Below are positions 25,532 to 33,674 of a stretch of 35,271 nucleotides of DNA, piece by piece. The notes beneath the pieces are model-generated. The model was not told where the DNA came from and made no database searches. It saw only the letters and a list, made by a program, of their open reading frames with translations. Both the position numbers and the translations under genes were made by a program. How positions within the stretch are numbered: position 1 is the first letter of the stretch; the number at the start of each line of letters is the position of its first letter. This DNA is from an uncultured Eggerthellaceae bacterium (lineage in GTDB: Bacteria; Actinomycetota; Coriobacteriia; Coriobacteriales; Eggerthellaceae), in NCBI GenBank assembly GCA_946626265.1, contig CAMOUE010000001.1, forward strand, positions 1-35,271. The letters run 5' to 3'.

Positions 25532-25560
25532 TTGAAGTAATAGGACTATTACCTTAAAAT
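25532..25560 (+). promoter_or_regulatory. spoVS-homologue promoter TTGAAG-17-TAAAAT with a 16-bp palindrome in the spacer
   Basis: -35 at 25532-25537 and -10 at 25555-25560. Palindrome gtaatag-ga-ctattac at 25537-25552. Flanked by AAGTGTCAAA direct repeats at 25519-25528 and 25562-25571. Confidence 0.6.
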
Positions 25561-25639
25561 TAAGTGTCAAATAATCCAACGAATAGCATATCGAACGTAA
25601 TACGATCGAGCTTGAAACGCAAACGGAAAAGGGAATGGT

Positions 25640-25975
25640 ATGCAGAACAGCGAGCAGTACCAAAACGTCAATTGCCTGAAGGTGTCATCGAAGTCGTCAC
25701 CCGCTTCGGTGGCGGGCGCAATCGCGGGCATGGTCAAGGACGGCGTGCCCGTCGAGATGCAGGCAGTAGGCGCAGGCGCTGTGAATCAGGCCATAAAGGC
25801 AATTGCCATCTCCCGCGGTTTTCTTTCGCCGGTAGGCATCGAAATCGCATGCATCCCCTCGTTTGCCGACATCATCATCGACGGCGAGTATCGCACCGCC
25901 ATCCATTTCGCCATAAAGGCGCAGTACCTCAAGGGCACGACGGGCGTAGACGAATACGACTCCGCGCTTGGCTAG
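25640..25975 (+). CDS. spoVS: SpoVS family protein (stage V sporulation protein S homologue)
   Basis: LKVSSKSSPASVAGAIAGMV...MQAVGAGAVNQAIKAIAISRGFLSPVGIEIACIPSFADIIIDGEYRTAI aligns along its length with my recollection of Bacillus SpoVS. It has extra N- and C-terminal residues. Confidence 0.85.
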   Translation: MQNSEQYQNVNCLKVSSKSSPASVAGAIAGMVKDGVPVEMQAVGAGAVNQAIKAIAISRGFLSPVGIEIACIPSFADIIIDGEYRTAIHFAIKAQYLKGTTGVDEYDSALG

Positions 25976-25984
25976 TGGTCACTG

Positions 25985-27352
25985 ATGATTGGAGCACCCC
26001 ATTCCCTCATGGGTCTGACGTTCTTCGTGCAGACGTACGGATGTCAGATGAACAAGCACGACTCCGAGCGTGTCGTCGGAATGCTCGAGAATCTCGGAGC
26101 CGTATCGGTCGAGAGCATGGAAGAGGCGGACATCGTCGTCTTCATGACGTGCTGCGTCAGGGAAGCGGCGGATATCCGCTTGCTCGGGCAGGCGTCTTCG
26201 ATTAAAAACATGCGCTTGAGGAGCGGGTCGCCCCTCGACAAGCGCATGATAGCGATAGGCGGGTGCATAGGGCAACGTGACGGCGAGAAGCTGTTCGACG
26301 AGCTTCCACATCTCGACGTCGTGTTCGGAACGAACAACCTTTCCTCGTTGCCGGGGCTGCTCGAGGACGTGCTCGAGAACGGAAGGCACCGTATCGAGAC
26401 GGTCGAGGAATCGACGTTGTTCCCGAACGACTTGCCGACGGTCCGCGAACACGCATGGGCCGCCTGGCTTCCCATCGCCATCGGCTGCAACAATTTCTGC
26501 ACGTACTGCATCGTCCCGTATGTCCGCGGGCGCGAGAAGTCCCGCTCTTTCGACGATATCGTTGCAGAGGCGCGGCGATATGTCGAAAGCGGCGTGAAGG
26601 AGATCACGCTGCTCGGGCAGAACGTGAACTCGTACGGCAGGGACCTGTACGGGAAACCCCGCTTCGGGGACGTCATCGAGGCGGTCGCGCAGACGGGCGT
26701 CGAGCGCCTGCGGTTCGCAACAAGCCACCCGAAAGACCTGACCGACGAGGTAATCGCTAAATTCGCCACTGTCGATTGCCTCATGCCGGCCCTTCACCTG
26801 CCTGCCCAATCGGGGTCGAACAGGATCCTGAAGGAAATGCACCGCGTGTACACGATCGAGCATTACCGTGCGCTCATCGACAAGCTCAGGGATGCCAGGC
26901 CCGGCATTTCGCTATCGACCGACATCATCGTCGGCTTCCCCGGCGAGACGGAGGACGATTTCGAGCAGACTTACAAGCTCATCGAGGAAGTGGGCTACTC
27001 GCAGGTTTTCACGTTCATATACTCGAAGCGCGAGGGAACGCCGGCTGCAAAGCTCGTCGACGACACGCCGCGCGTGGTCATTCAGGAGCGCTTCGACCGG
27101 TTGCGCACGGTCGTCGAGCGCGGCGCATACGAATACAACCAGCTCTCGCTCGGAAAGACCGTTCCCGTGCTATTCGAGGGGTCCTCGAAGAAGCAATCCG
27201 GAATCGCGACGGGCAGGAGCCCCGAGAACATAACGGTGCATGCGCCGCTTCCGGAGGGCATGCGTATAGACGATCTGATCGGAACGACGCGTAACGTGAC
27301 GGTTGACCGCGCTCGTACCTGGTATCTGAGCGGGACGATCGCCGGCGCATGA
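25985..27352 (+). CDS. miaB: tRNA-2-methylthio-N6-dimethylallyladenosine synthase MiaB
   Basis: FFVQTYGCQMNKHDSE, radical-SAM CNNFCTYCIVP and a TRAM C-terminus. miaB-miaA synteny. ATG 26009 is an alternative start. Confidence 0.92.
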   Translation: MIGAPHSLMGLTFFVQTYGCQMNKHDSERVVGMLENLGAVSVESMEEADIVVFMTCCVREAADIRLLGQASSIKNMRLRSGSPLDKRMIAIGGCIGQRDGEKLFDELPHLDVVFGTNNLSSLPGLLEDVLENGRHRIETVEESTLFPNDLPTVREHAWAAWLPIAIGCNNFCTYCIVPYVRGREKSRSFDDIVAEARRYVESGVKEITLLGQNVNSYGRDLYGKPRFGDVIEAVAQTGVERLRFATSHPKDLTDEVIAKFATVDCLMPALHLPAQSGSNRILKEMHRVYTIEHYRALIDKLRDARPGISLSTDIIVGFPGETEDDFEQTYKLIEEVGYSQVFTFIYSKREGTPAAKLVDDTPRVVIQERFDRLRTVVERGAYEYNQLSLGKTVPVLFEGSSKKQSGIATGRSPENITVHAPLPEGMRIDDLIGTTRNVTVDRARTWYLSGTIAGA

Positions 27353-27362
27353 TGGTGGGACC

Positions 27363-28352
27363 ATGCCCCTCGAGCTCTCGAAACCCGTCATTGCGATTGT
27401 CGGCCCGACGGCATCGGGCAAGTCAGACGTTGCCCAGCTCGTCGCGCAATCCGTAGGCGGAGCCGTCGTCAGCGCCGACTCCATGCAGATTTACCGCGGC
27501 ATGGACATCGGAACGGGCAAGGTGTTGCCCGGGGAGCGTCTCGTGCAACATTACGGAATAGACCTCGTCGACCCGGGTGAGCCGTACTCTGCAGCGCTCT
27601 TCCAGGAATACGCGCGTACGTGCTTCGCGATGCTCGACGACCTGGGCGAGGTTTCAGTTCTGTGCGGAGGTACCGGATTCTACGTGCGCGCCGCCATCGA
27701 CGAATATGATTTCCCACGTGGCGAGCAGGTGGGAAACAAGCTGCGCGACGAGTTGAACGCCTTCGCGCGGGACCGGGGCGCCCACGCGCTTTGGGCGCGG
27801 CTTAGGGATGTCGACCCTGCGAGTGCGTCGATAATTCCCGAAAACGACGTCAAGCGCGTCGTGCGCGCATTCGAGCTCATTGAGGAAGGTACGACGTACG
27901 CCTCCCAGAAAGAACGGCTCGCATCGATTCCGCAGGCGGTTCCCTGCCTGCTATTCGGACTGGCCGTCGATCCCGATATCCTACGCGAGCGCATCGACGC
28001 GCGCGTCGACCGCATGGTGGAGAACGGCCTCGTGCAAGAAGTCGAAGGGCTCCTCGAGGCCGGCTTCAGGCGGGGCGTAACCGCGCCGCAGGCTATCGGG
28101 TACAAGGAGATCGTGTCTTACCTCGACGGGGAACGCTCTCTCGACGACGCCGTGTCGTGCATCAAGACGGCGACGCATCGCTATGCGAAACGCCAACGGA
28201 CGTGGTTTCGGAAAGACAAGAGGATCGCGTGGATCGATGCAGACGATTTCGATGCGGATGCTATAGCGGGACGCGTCGTCGACCTCGCGCGCGCAAGCCT
28301 TCGGCAGCAGGGTACGAGCTCCGCGAAATGCCAGGCAAAGCCTGCAAGATAG
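27363..28352 (+). CDS. miaA: tRNA dimethylallyltransferase MiaA
   Basis: P-loop GPTASGKS, SADSMQIYRGMDIGTGK and the HRYAKRQRTWFR motif. Confidence 0.93.
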   Translation: MPLELSKPVIAIVGPTASGKSDVAQLVAQSVGGAVVSADSMQIYRGMDIGTGKVLPGERLVQHYGIDLVDPGEPYSAALFQEYARTCFAMLDDLGEVSVLCGGTGFYVRAAIDEYDFPRGEQVGNKLRDELNAFARDRGAHALWARLRDVDPASASIIPENDVKRVVRAFELIEEGTTYASQKERLASIPQAVPCLLFGLAVDPDILRERIDARVDRMVENGLVQEVEGLLEAGFRRGVTAPQAIGYKEIVSYLDGERSLDDAVSCIKTATHRYAKRQRTWFRKDKRIAWIDADDFDADAIAGRVVDLARASLRQQGTSSAKCQAKPAR

Positions 28353-28366
28353 CATATGCCGTGTAA

Positions 28367-28394
28367 ACCGACATGCTGGCATATCGGTGTTTTT
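28367..28394 (+). terminator. Putative intrinsic terminator after miaA
   Basis: accgacatg (28367-28375) pairs with catatcggt (28380-28388) with one mismatch, followed by GTTTTT. Confidence 0.55.
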
Positions 28395-28516
28395 GACGAA
28401 ATGATGCCGAGGGTGAAGTGTTTGCATGGAATGGGCATGACGGCACGAGCGTCATTCGAATGTCAGATAAAATTAAGGTTCAATGACTACGAGCTTTTTG
28501 AGGACGGATTGGATAC

Positions 28517-29167
28517 GTGTCGGACTCGCGGGAGAACATAACGACGCAGAGCGCGGGAGACGAACAGGTGCTCGACCGCGTGTTGACCGTCCCCAACGTA
28601 ATATCGACGATACGGCTCATCATGGCCCCGATAGCGCTTGTCGTGTTCCTCTCGGGAAACGACGTCGCGGGCGCCATCCTCTTCGGGATCGTTGCTGCGA
28701 CGGATTGCCTCGATGGGCAAATCGCGCGGCGCACGAATACGGTATCGCGGCTCGGCCGGCTGCTCGACCCGACGGTCGACCGCGTGCTTATGGTGTGCGC
28801 CGTCGTGGGCTTGCTCGTCGTCGGCAGATTGCCGCTCTGGATCGTCGTGCTCGTCATCGCGCGCGATATCTTGCTCGTCGTGGGCGGCTCGTTCCTGTTG
28901 AGACGGTATTCGATACGAATTCCTGTCATATATCCGGGGAAAGTCGCTACGACGTTCTTGTTCGTCGGGATGGCCGGCCTCATGCTCAACATGCCCCAGC
29001 TGGCTGGTCTCGGGCTCTGCGACTTCGCCTGGCTGCCAGGCTTCAACGGCGAAGCTTGTTCATGGGGTATCTGGGCAATTTACATTGGAATGTGCATTGG
29101 GCTGTTCACGACTGTTTATTATGTTCGAAAAGGCTTTTCTGAGCTGAAGAGCGCTCTCGGAAGATAG
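28517..29167 (+). CDS. Second CDP-alcohol phosphatidyltransferase family protein (substrate not assignable from sequence)
   Basis: CAP motif DCLDGQIARRTNTVSRLGRLLDPTVDRVLM and multiple TM helices. GTG start. Confidence 0.8.
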   Translation: MSDSRENITTQSAGDEQVLDRVLTVPNVISTIRLIMAPIALVVFLSGNDVAGAILFGIVAATDCLDGQIARRTNTVSRLGRLLDPTVDRVLMVCAVVGLLVVGRLPLWIVVLVIARDILLVVGGSFLLRRYSIRIPVIYPGKVATTFLFVGMAGLMLNMPQLAGLGLCDFAWLPGFNGEACSWGIWAIYIGMCIGLFTTVYYVRKGFSELKSALGR

Positions 29168-29172
29168 AGGAC

Positions 29173-31758
29173 ATGGCGAATAACAACAACAACGAATCCC
29201 GCCGCTCGGGGGGTACGGTCAACCGCGGGAAATCGGGTAGACGTTCCATGGGGGCCCATGGGAAGACTCCCGCAAAGAACGAGGGCGCCTCAATTGCCGA
29301 GAAGATTTCCGGCATCGTAGAAAACTTCAAACCCCACGAGAAGTCCGCGAAGGCTTCTCACGGCAAAAGCCGTAAGGTGTCGGAAGACCCGAAGTCCGCC
29401 GGCGATGCGATTGCCGGCGTTGGGAACTTCTTCACCGAAGCAGGCATCTGGATTCTGTCGAACCGCGTGGCCACGATCGTTGCCGGAGCGCTCATCGTCA
29501 TAGCGCTCGGAGGAATAGTCGACGGAATTGCGCACTGGGGCAGGGCATACGACAACGTCACGGTAAACGGCGTGAGCGTCGGCGGGATGACGAAAGAGGA
29601 AATCGTCTCGTCCATCCAGGAATCAACGGGTAACACCGCGTCGAACACGAAGATCACGATCACGCTGCCGGCCGAGTATCGCTCGAGCTCCGCGGCCGAG
29701 GAGGCGCCGGAAGAAGAAACGGCGCAAGCGAGCGACGAGGCCGCCGAACCCGAATCATCCGAGGAGGGCGAGGCCGAATCCTCCGACGAAGCGTCTCAAG
29801 ACGGCGAGGGCGAGGGCAACGCGAATGCGGAAGAGGACAACTACAATCGCACCTCTTGGGACACGAGCATGCAGCAGCTCGGAGCGACGATTCCCGCCGA
29901 GACGATAGCAGACGAGGCGCTGAGCGTCGGGCGCCGCGCCGACGGCGGGCCGCTGCAGCGTTTCGGCCTGTTCTTCGTCGGCGAGGACGTCCCGGTGTCG
30001 ATCGACGTTCCCGAAGACGCCGTCGAGAAGCTGTCGACGAAGATCGACAAGTCGATCGGCCAGGACCGGGTCGACGCAAACGTCTACGTCAACAACGGCA
30101 AAGCCGAGATTGTCCCCGGCAAGGACGGCAAGGCCGTCGACAGGCAGCAGCTCACTGAAGCCTTGAGCAGTGCCCTTATGTCGGGGGAGAGCACGACGAC
30201 GTTCGACGCGCCCGTGACCGACGCGCATTCGAGGATCACGACCGAGCAGGCGCAGCAGGCCTGCGAGCAGATCAACAGGGCGATTGCCGCTGGCGCGACG
30301 TTCACCTACGACGGCAAATCCTGGACCGCGAAGCCGGCGGAGCTCGGTGATTGGACCTACCTCGAGACCGTCGAGGACGAGGGCGGTTACAAGCTGCATA
30401 TCTATATCGACGAGGACATCGCGACGAAGGCGATCGTCAAGGGCGTGAACGCCACGATCAAGTCGGACAAGATAAAGGTAACGTTCGAGGGGTCGGGCGA
30501 GGACATCACGGTCCATACGCAGGGCGACACGTCCATTCCCGAAGTGCCGCAAACCGTGGCTGAGCTCGACGAAGCGCTTTACGGCGAGAACGGCCGCGCA
30601 TGGGCGGCGACGGAGGAGAAAGAGCCGATCAAGCTCGACGTGAACGCATCGACGGCGCCCGAGACCCTGTCCGTCGAGCAGGCGGAGGACCTCGGCATCA
30701 TCACGGTCATCGGCGAGTACACGACCGAGTTCTCGAACTACGAGGGAACCGAGAACCGTAACCACAACATCAAGCTCGTGGCGGACATCATCGACGGTTC
30801 GGTTGCGCGGGCCGACGGCGGCGTCTGGTCGTTCAACGAGCAGACGGGCGACACGACGAAAGACCCCCCGTTCGCCTCGGCGGGCTCGATCATCGACGGC
30901 AGGCACGTCGACTCGATCGGCGGGGGCATCTGCCAGGTCGCGACCACGGTATTCAACGCCGTGTACGAGGCTGGACTCGACATCGTCGAACGGCACAACC
31001 ATTCGTACTACATCGCGAATTACCCGACCGGTCGAGACGTCGGCGTGAGTTACGGCGAAATGGAGTTCAAGTGGAAGAACAGCCTGCCTAACGATGTGCT
31101 GTTGAAGACGTCGTACACGGACACGTCCGTGACGGCGAAGCTCTACAGCGTCGCGACGGGATACCAGGTGACGTCCGAGACCGGTGAATGGGAAAAAGGC
31201 GCGAAGTACGGCGTCGAGTTCGTAGAGGACAGCTCGCTCGCCCCGGGCTCGTCGTATGTCGAGACGGCCGGTGAGGATGGGAGCAGCATCACGGTCAAGA
31301 GGACCGTGAAGGACTCGAGCGGCAAGATAATATCCGAGCAGCAGTTCGACTCGGTGTACTGGGCCCAGAACGAGGTGATCGCCATCGGTCCGGGTACCGA
31401 CACGTCCGGAATGGGTCGGACCGATTCCGGATCCACGGTCGAAGTCCGACCGGAAGAGGAGACGTACACGACCGTGCAGACCGATGTGACGGGCGAACAG
31501 GCGACGACGTACGTCGAGGACACCGGGACGTATTACGAGGATACGAGCGCCTACGGTTACGATGACGCGAGCGGTTTGTACGACGACGGCGCGTACGGGG
31601 ATGCGTATGGCGGTTACGAGAGCTATGGCGACCCATATGGGCTCGATGACTCGACGTACGGAAACGCGGATTCGGCCATGTACGACGACTCGTACGGCGT
31701 CGGGGAGTCGTATGGCGACGGGTACTCGTCCGATTACGATTCTTCGGACACGATGTAG
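29173..31758 (+). CDS. VanW/YoaR-like envelope protein: basic N-terminus, TM helix, long extracytoplasmic region, VanW domain, G5-like domain, Tyr/Asp/Gly-rich tail
   Basis: TM helix IWILSNRVATIVAGALIVIALGGIV. VanW core GGICQVATTVFNAVYEAGLDIVERHNHSYYI. G5-like GSSYVETAGEDGSSITVKRTV. Confidence 0.85.
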   Translation: MANNNNNESRRSGGTVNRGKSGRRSMGAHGKTPAKNEGASIAEKISGIVENFKPHEKSAKASHGKSRKVSEDPKSAGDAIAGVGNFFTEAGIWILSNRVATIVAGALIVIALGGIVDGIAHWGRAYDNVTVNGVSVGGMTKEEIVSSIQESTGNTASNTKITITLPAEYRSSSAAEEAPEEETAQASDEAAEPESSEEGEAESSDEASQDGEGEGNANAEEDNYNRTSWDTSMQQLGATIPAETIADEALSVGRRADGGPLQRFGLFFVGEDVPVSIDVPEDAVEKLSTKIDKSIGQDRVDANVYVNNGKAEIVPGKDGKAVDRQQLTEALSSALMSGESTTTFDAPVTDAHSRITTEQAQQACEQINRAIAAGATFTYDGKSWTAKPAELGDWTYLETVEDEGGYKLHIYIDEDIATKAIVKGVNATIKSDKIKVTFEGSGEDITVHTQGDTSIPEVPQTVAELDEALYGENGRAWAATEEKEPIKLDVNASTAPETLSVEQAEDLGIITVIGEYTTEFSNYEGTENRNHNIKLVADIIDGSVARADGGVWSFNEQTGDTTKDPPFASAGSIIDGRHVDSIGGGICQVATTVFNAVYEAGLDIVERHNHSYYIANYPTGRDVGVSYGEMEFKWKNSLPNDVLLKTSYTDTSVTAKLYSVATGYQVTSETGEWEKGAKYGVEFVEDSSLAPGSSYVETAGEDGSSITVKRTVKDSSGKIISEQQFDSVYWAQNEVIAIGPGTDTSGMGRTDSGSTVEVRPEEETYTTVQTDVTGEQATTYVEDTGTYYEDTSAYGYDDASGLYDDGAYGDAYGGYESYGDPYGLDDSTYGNADSAMYDDSYGVGESYGDGYSSDYDSSDTM

Positions 31759-31763
31759 GCTGA

Positions 31764-33179
31764 GTGGTCGCTTTGCATGAAACATCGACTATTCGCCGCA
31801 AGCGGGGATTGGAGGCGTTGGCCGCCTTCCTCGTCATATGTCTCTTCACATCGTTTATGCTCGCATACGAAGATACAGCGTATGCCGATGTGAGGAAAGC
31901 CGACGTCATCGCAGGTTCGACAGTCGAGGAGCGGGGGCTGTCCGTCGCGGCATGCCCGTCGGTCGAGGCCGAACATGCGGTGCTCGTCGACGAGAACGGT
32001 GCCGTGTACTTCGAGCGCGACGCATCGTCTCCCGCTCAGATCGCCTCGATCACGAAGGTCATGACGGCGATCGTCGCCCTCGAGAACGCTCCTGACGGGA
32101 TGTACGTCGTCGTGAGCGAGAACGCGGCAACCATCGGAGAGTCGAGCGCGAACCTGCACGAGGGCGATACCATGGACTTCGACACAGCCCTCAAGGCGCT
32201 TCTCATCCCTTCCGGCAACGATGCGGCAGTCGCGCTGTCCGAGTCCGTCGGCGCGGCCATGATAGCGGCCGACCCGAGCTTGGGCAACAACCCGGTCCAG
32301 GCGTTCGTCGACGCCATGAACGCCAAGGCCCAGGAGCTCGGGTGCACGGACACGGTCTACGAGAACCCGCACGGCCTCGACGACGAGCAGTACGCCGGGA
32401 ACCTGCATAGCACTGCAGCCGACCAGGCCAAGGTCGCTAAATGCGCCATGTCGTACCCGAAGATAAAGGAGATCGTGTCGGGCGGCACCGACACGGTCAC
32501 GGTGACGCGCGACGGGGCGCCCGTGTCCATTGAACTCCAGACAACCGACGAGTTGCTCGAGATGTACGAGTACACGATTGGCGTGAAGACGGGCGTGACG
32601 CTGCTCGCGGGCCCCTCGTTCATGGGCGCCGCGGAGAAGGACGGCCGACAGCTCTACTCCGTCGTGCTCAACTCGACTGACGAATACCAGCGCTTCGCCG
32701 ACACGCAGAACCTCTTCGAGTGGGGTTACCAGCACATCATCCAGGTGAAGCTCTCGAACTCAGACAAGTCGGCTTCCATGACGCTCAACGGCACGAGGCG
32801 CGACGTGCCCGTGTTCGCTCAGGTCGACCATCTCGATTGGCCCGATAAAGCCGTTATGGCTACGCTTTCCGACCCCGATGCGGCCATAACCGTTTTCGAC
32901 CTCGAGGGCAACGTCACTCAGACGGTTACGTTCGACGAGCTCCACGGAAACGTCCTTGCAGGCGACAAGGTCGGCAAGGTCGTGTTCAAACAGAGGAACC
33001 AGGTCGTCGCCGAGCAAGACCTCATCGCATGCGAAGACGTGCCTGCCCCGAATCCGTTCGAGGCCGTCGCGATATGGTGGCAAGGGCTGTTCGGCGGTGC
33101 CGAAAACGCCCAAGAATACGCTTCGCAGGTATACAATGTTATGCCCGTCATAAACAATCACGTTGCAAATGCAGCTTAG
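31764..33179 (+). CDS. Serine-type D-Ala-D-Ala carboxypeptidase (PBP5/DacB-like)
   Basis: Signal peptide ending AYA. SxxK (SITK), SxN (SGND) and KTG (VKTGVT) motifs, plus a C-terminal PBP5_C-like domain. The GTG start is 6 nt after the upstream stop. Confidence 0.85.
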   Translation: MVALHETSTIRRKRGLEALAAFLVICLFTSFMLAYEDTAYADVRKADVIAGSTVEERGLSVAACPSVEAEHAVLVDENGAVYFERDASSPAQIASITKVMTAIVALENAPDGMYVVVSENAATIGESSANLHEGDTMDFDTALKALLIPSGNDAAVALSESVGAAMIAADPSLGNNPVQAFVDAMNAKAQELGCTDTVYENPHGLDDEQYAGNLHSTAADQAKVAKCAMSYPKIKEIVSGGTDTVTVTRDGAPVSIELQTTDELLEMYEYTIGVKTGVTLLAGPSFMGAAEKDGRQLYSVVLNSTDEYQRFADTQNLFEWGYQHIIQVKLSNSDKSASMTLNGTRRDVPVFAQVDHLDWPDKAVMATLSDPDAAITVFDLEGNVTQTVTFDELHGNVLAGDKVGKVVFKQRNQVVAEQDLIACEDVPAPNPFEAVAIWWQGLFGGAENAQEYASQVYNVMPVINNHVANAA

Positions 33180-33194
33180 GGAAAAGGACGAGAG

Positions 33195-33638
33195 ATGACG
33201 CAGGTTTGCCCAATTTGCAGTGCTGAATTCGATGAAAACCTCGCGACGTGCCCGATGTGCGGGTACCATGTGCTCGGGTCCACTCAGAGCTTCACGCCGG
33301 TTCCGTTCGGCGCCGGCGCTGATGAGGGGCGTGGGCAGAAGGCGCAGAAGTACGAATTGCGGGTCGTGCGCGGCCCGAAGACCGGCATCGACATCGAGCT
33401 GTCCGAAGGCGAGATGACGGTCGGTCGCGACCCTCAATGCTCGATATTCCTCAACGACATGACCGTGTCTCGGTCGCATGCGACGATCGAGGTGACGAAG
33501 AGCAGCTGCATCATCCGAGACCAAAACTCGTTCAACGGCGTTTGGGTCAACGACCGGATGGTCGACGCATGTCTGCTAAAAGCAGGCGATTTGATACAAA
33601 TCGGCGCGTTCTGCCTGCTATTTCGAGAGCGGCCGTAA
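33195..33638 (+). CDS. Small zinc-ribbon + FHA domain protein
   Basis: CPIC..x12..CPMC at the N-terminus. FHA core GRDPQCSIFLNDMTVSRSHATI...SFNGVWVN...GDLIQIG. Confidence 0.88.
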   Translation: MTQVCPICSAEFDENLATCPMCGYHVLGSTQSFTPVPFGAGADEGRGQKAQKYELRVVRGPKTGIDIELSEGEMTVGRDPQCSIFLNDMTVSRSHATIEVTKSSCIIRDQNSFNGVWVNDRMVDACLLKAGDLIQIGAFCLLFRERP

Positions 33639-33674
33639 GAGTCGATCCTACCGACAGCGAAGACGGGAGCATAT

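Noticed and set aside
25564-26205. A 213-aa ORF overlapping the spoVS homologue and the miaB start in another frame. The 60-aa ORF at 20722-20904 across the recA promoter is a similar case.
   Set aside because: The translations are Arg-rich and featureless, and conflict with strongly supported genes or promoter elements in the same DNA.
399-27352. Three radical-SAM methylthiotransferases in one window (399-1607, 18279-19601 and 25985-27352), considered as a possible duplication or accessory cluster.
   Set aside because: They are the three functionally distinct paralogues (MtaB-like, RimO, MiaB). Each sits in its usual conserved neighbourhood (after dnaJ, before pgsA, before miaA), so this is ordinary core-genome content.
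28356-28541. A 61-aa Cys-containing ORF in the miaA-transferase spacer (MPCKPTCWHIGVF...).
   Set aside because: It has no ribosome-binding site, runs across the predicted miaA terminator and into the next gene start, and has atypical codon usage. It is most likely non-coding spacer. Ribo-seq would be needed to revive it.
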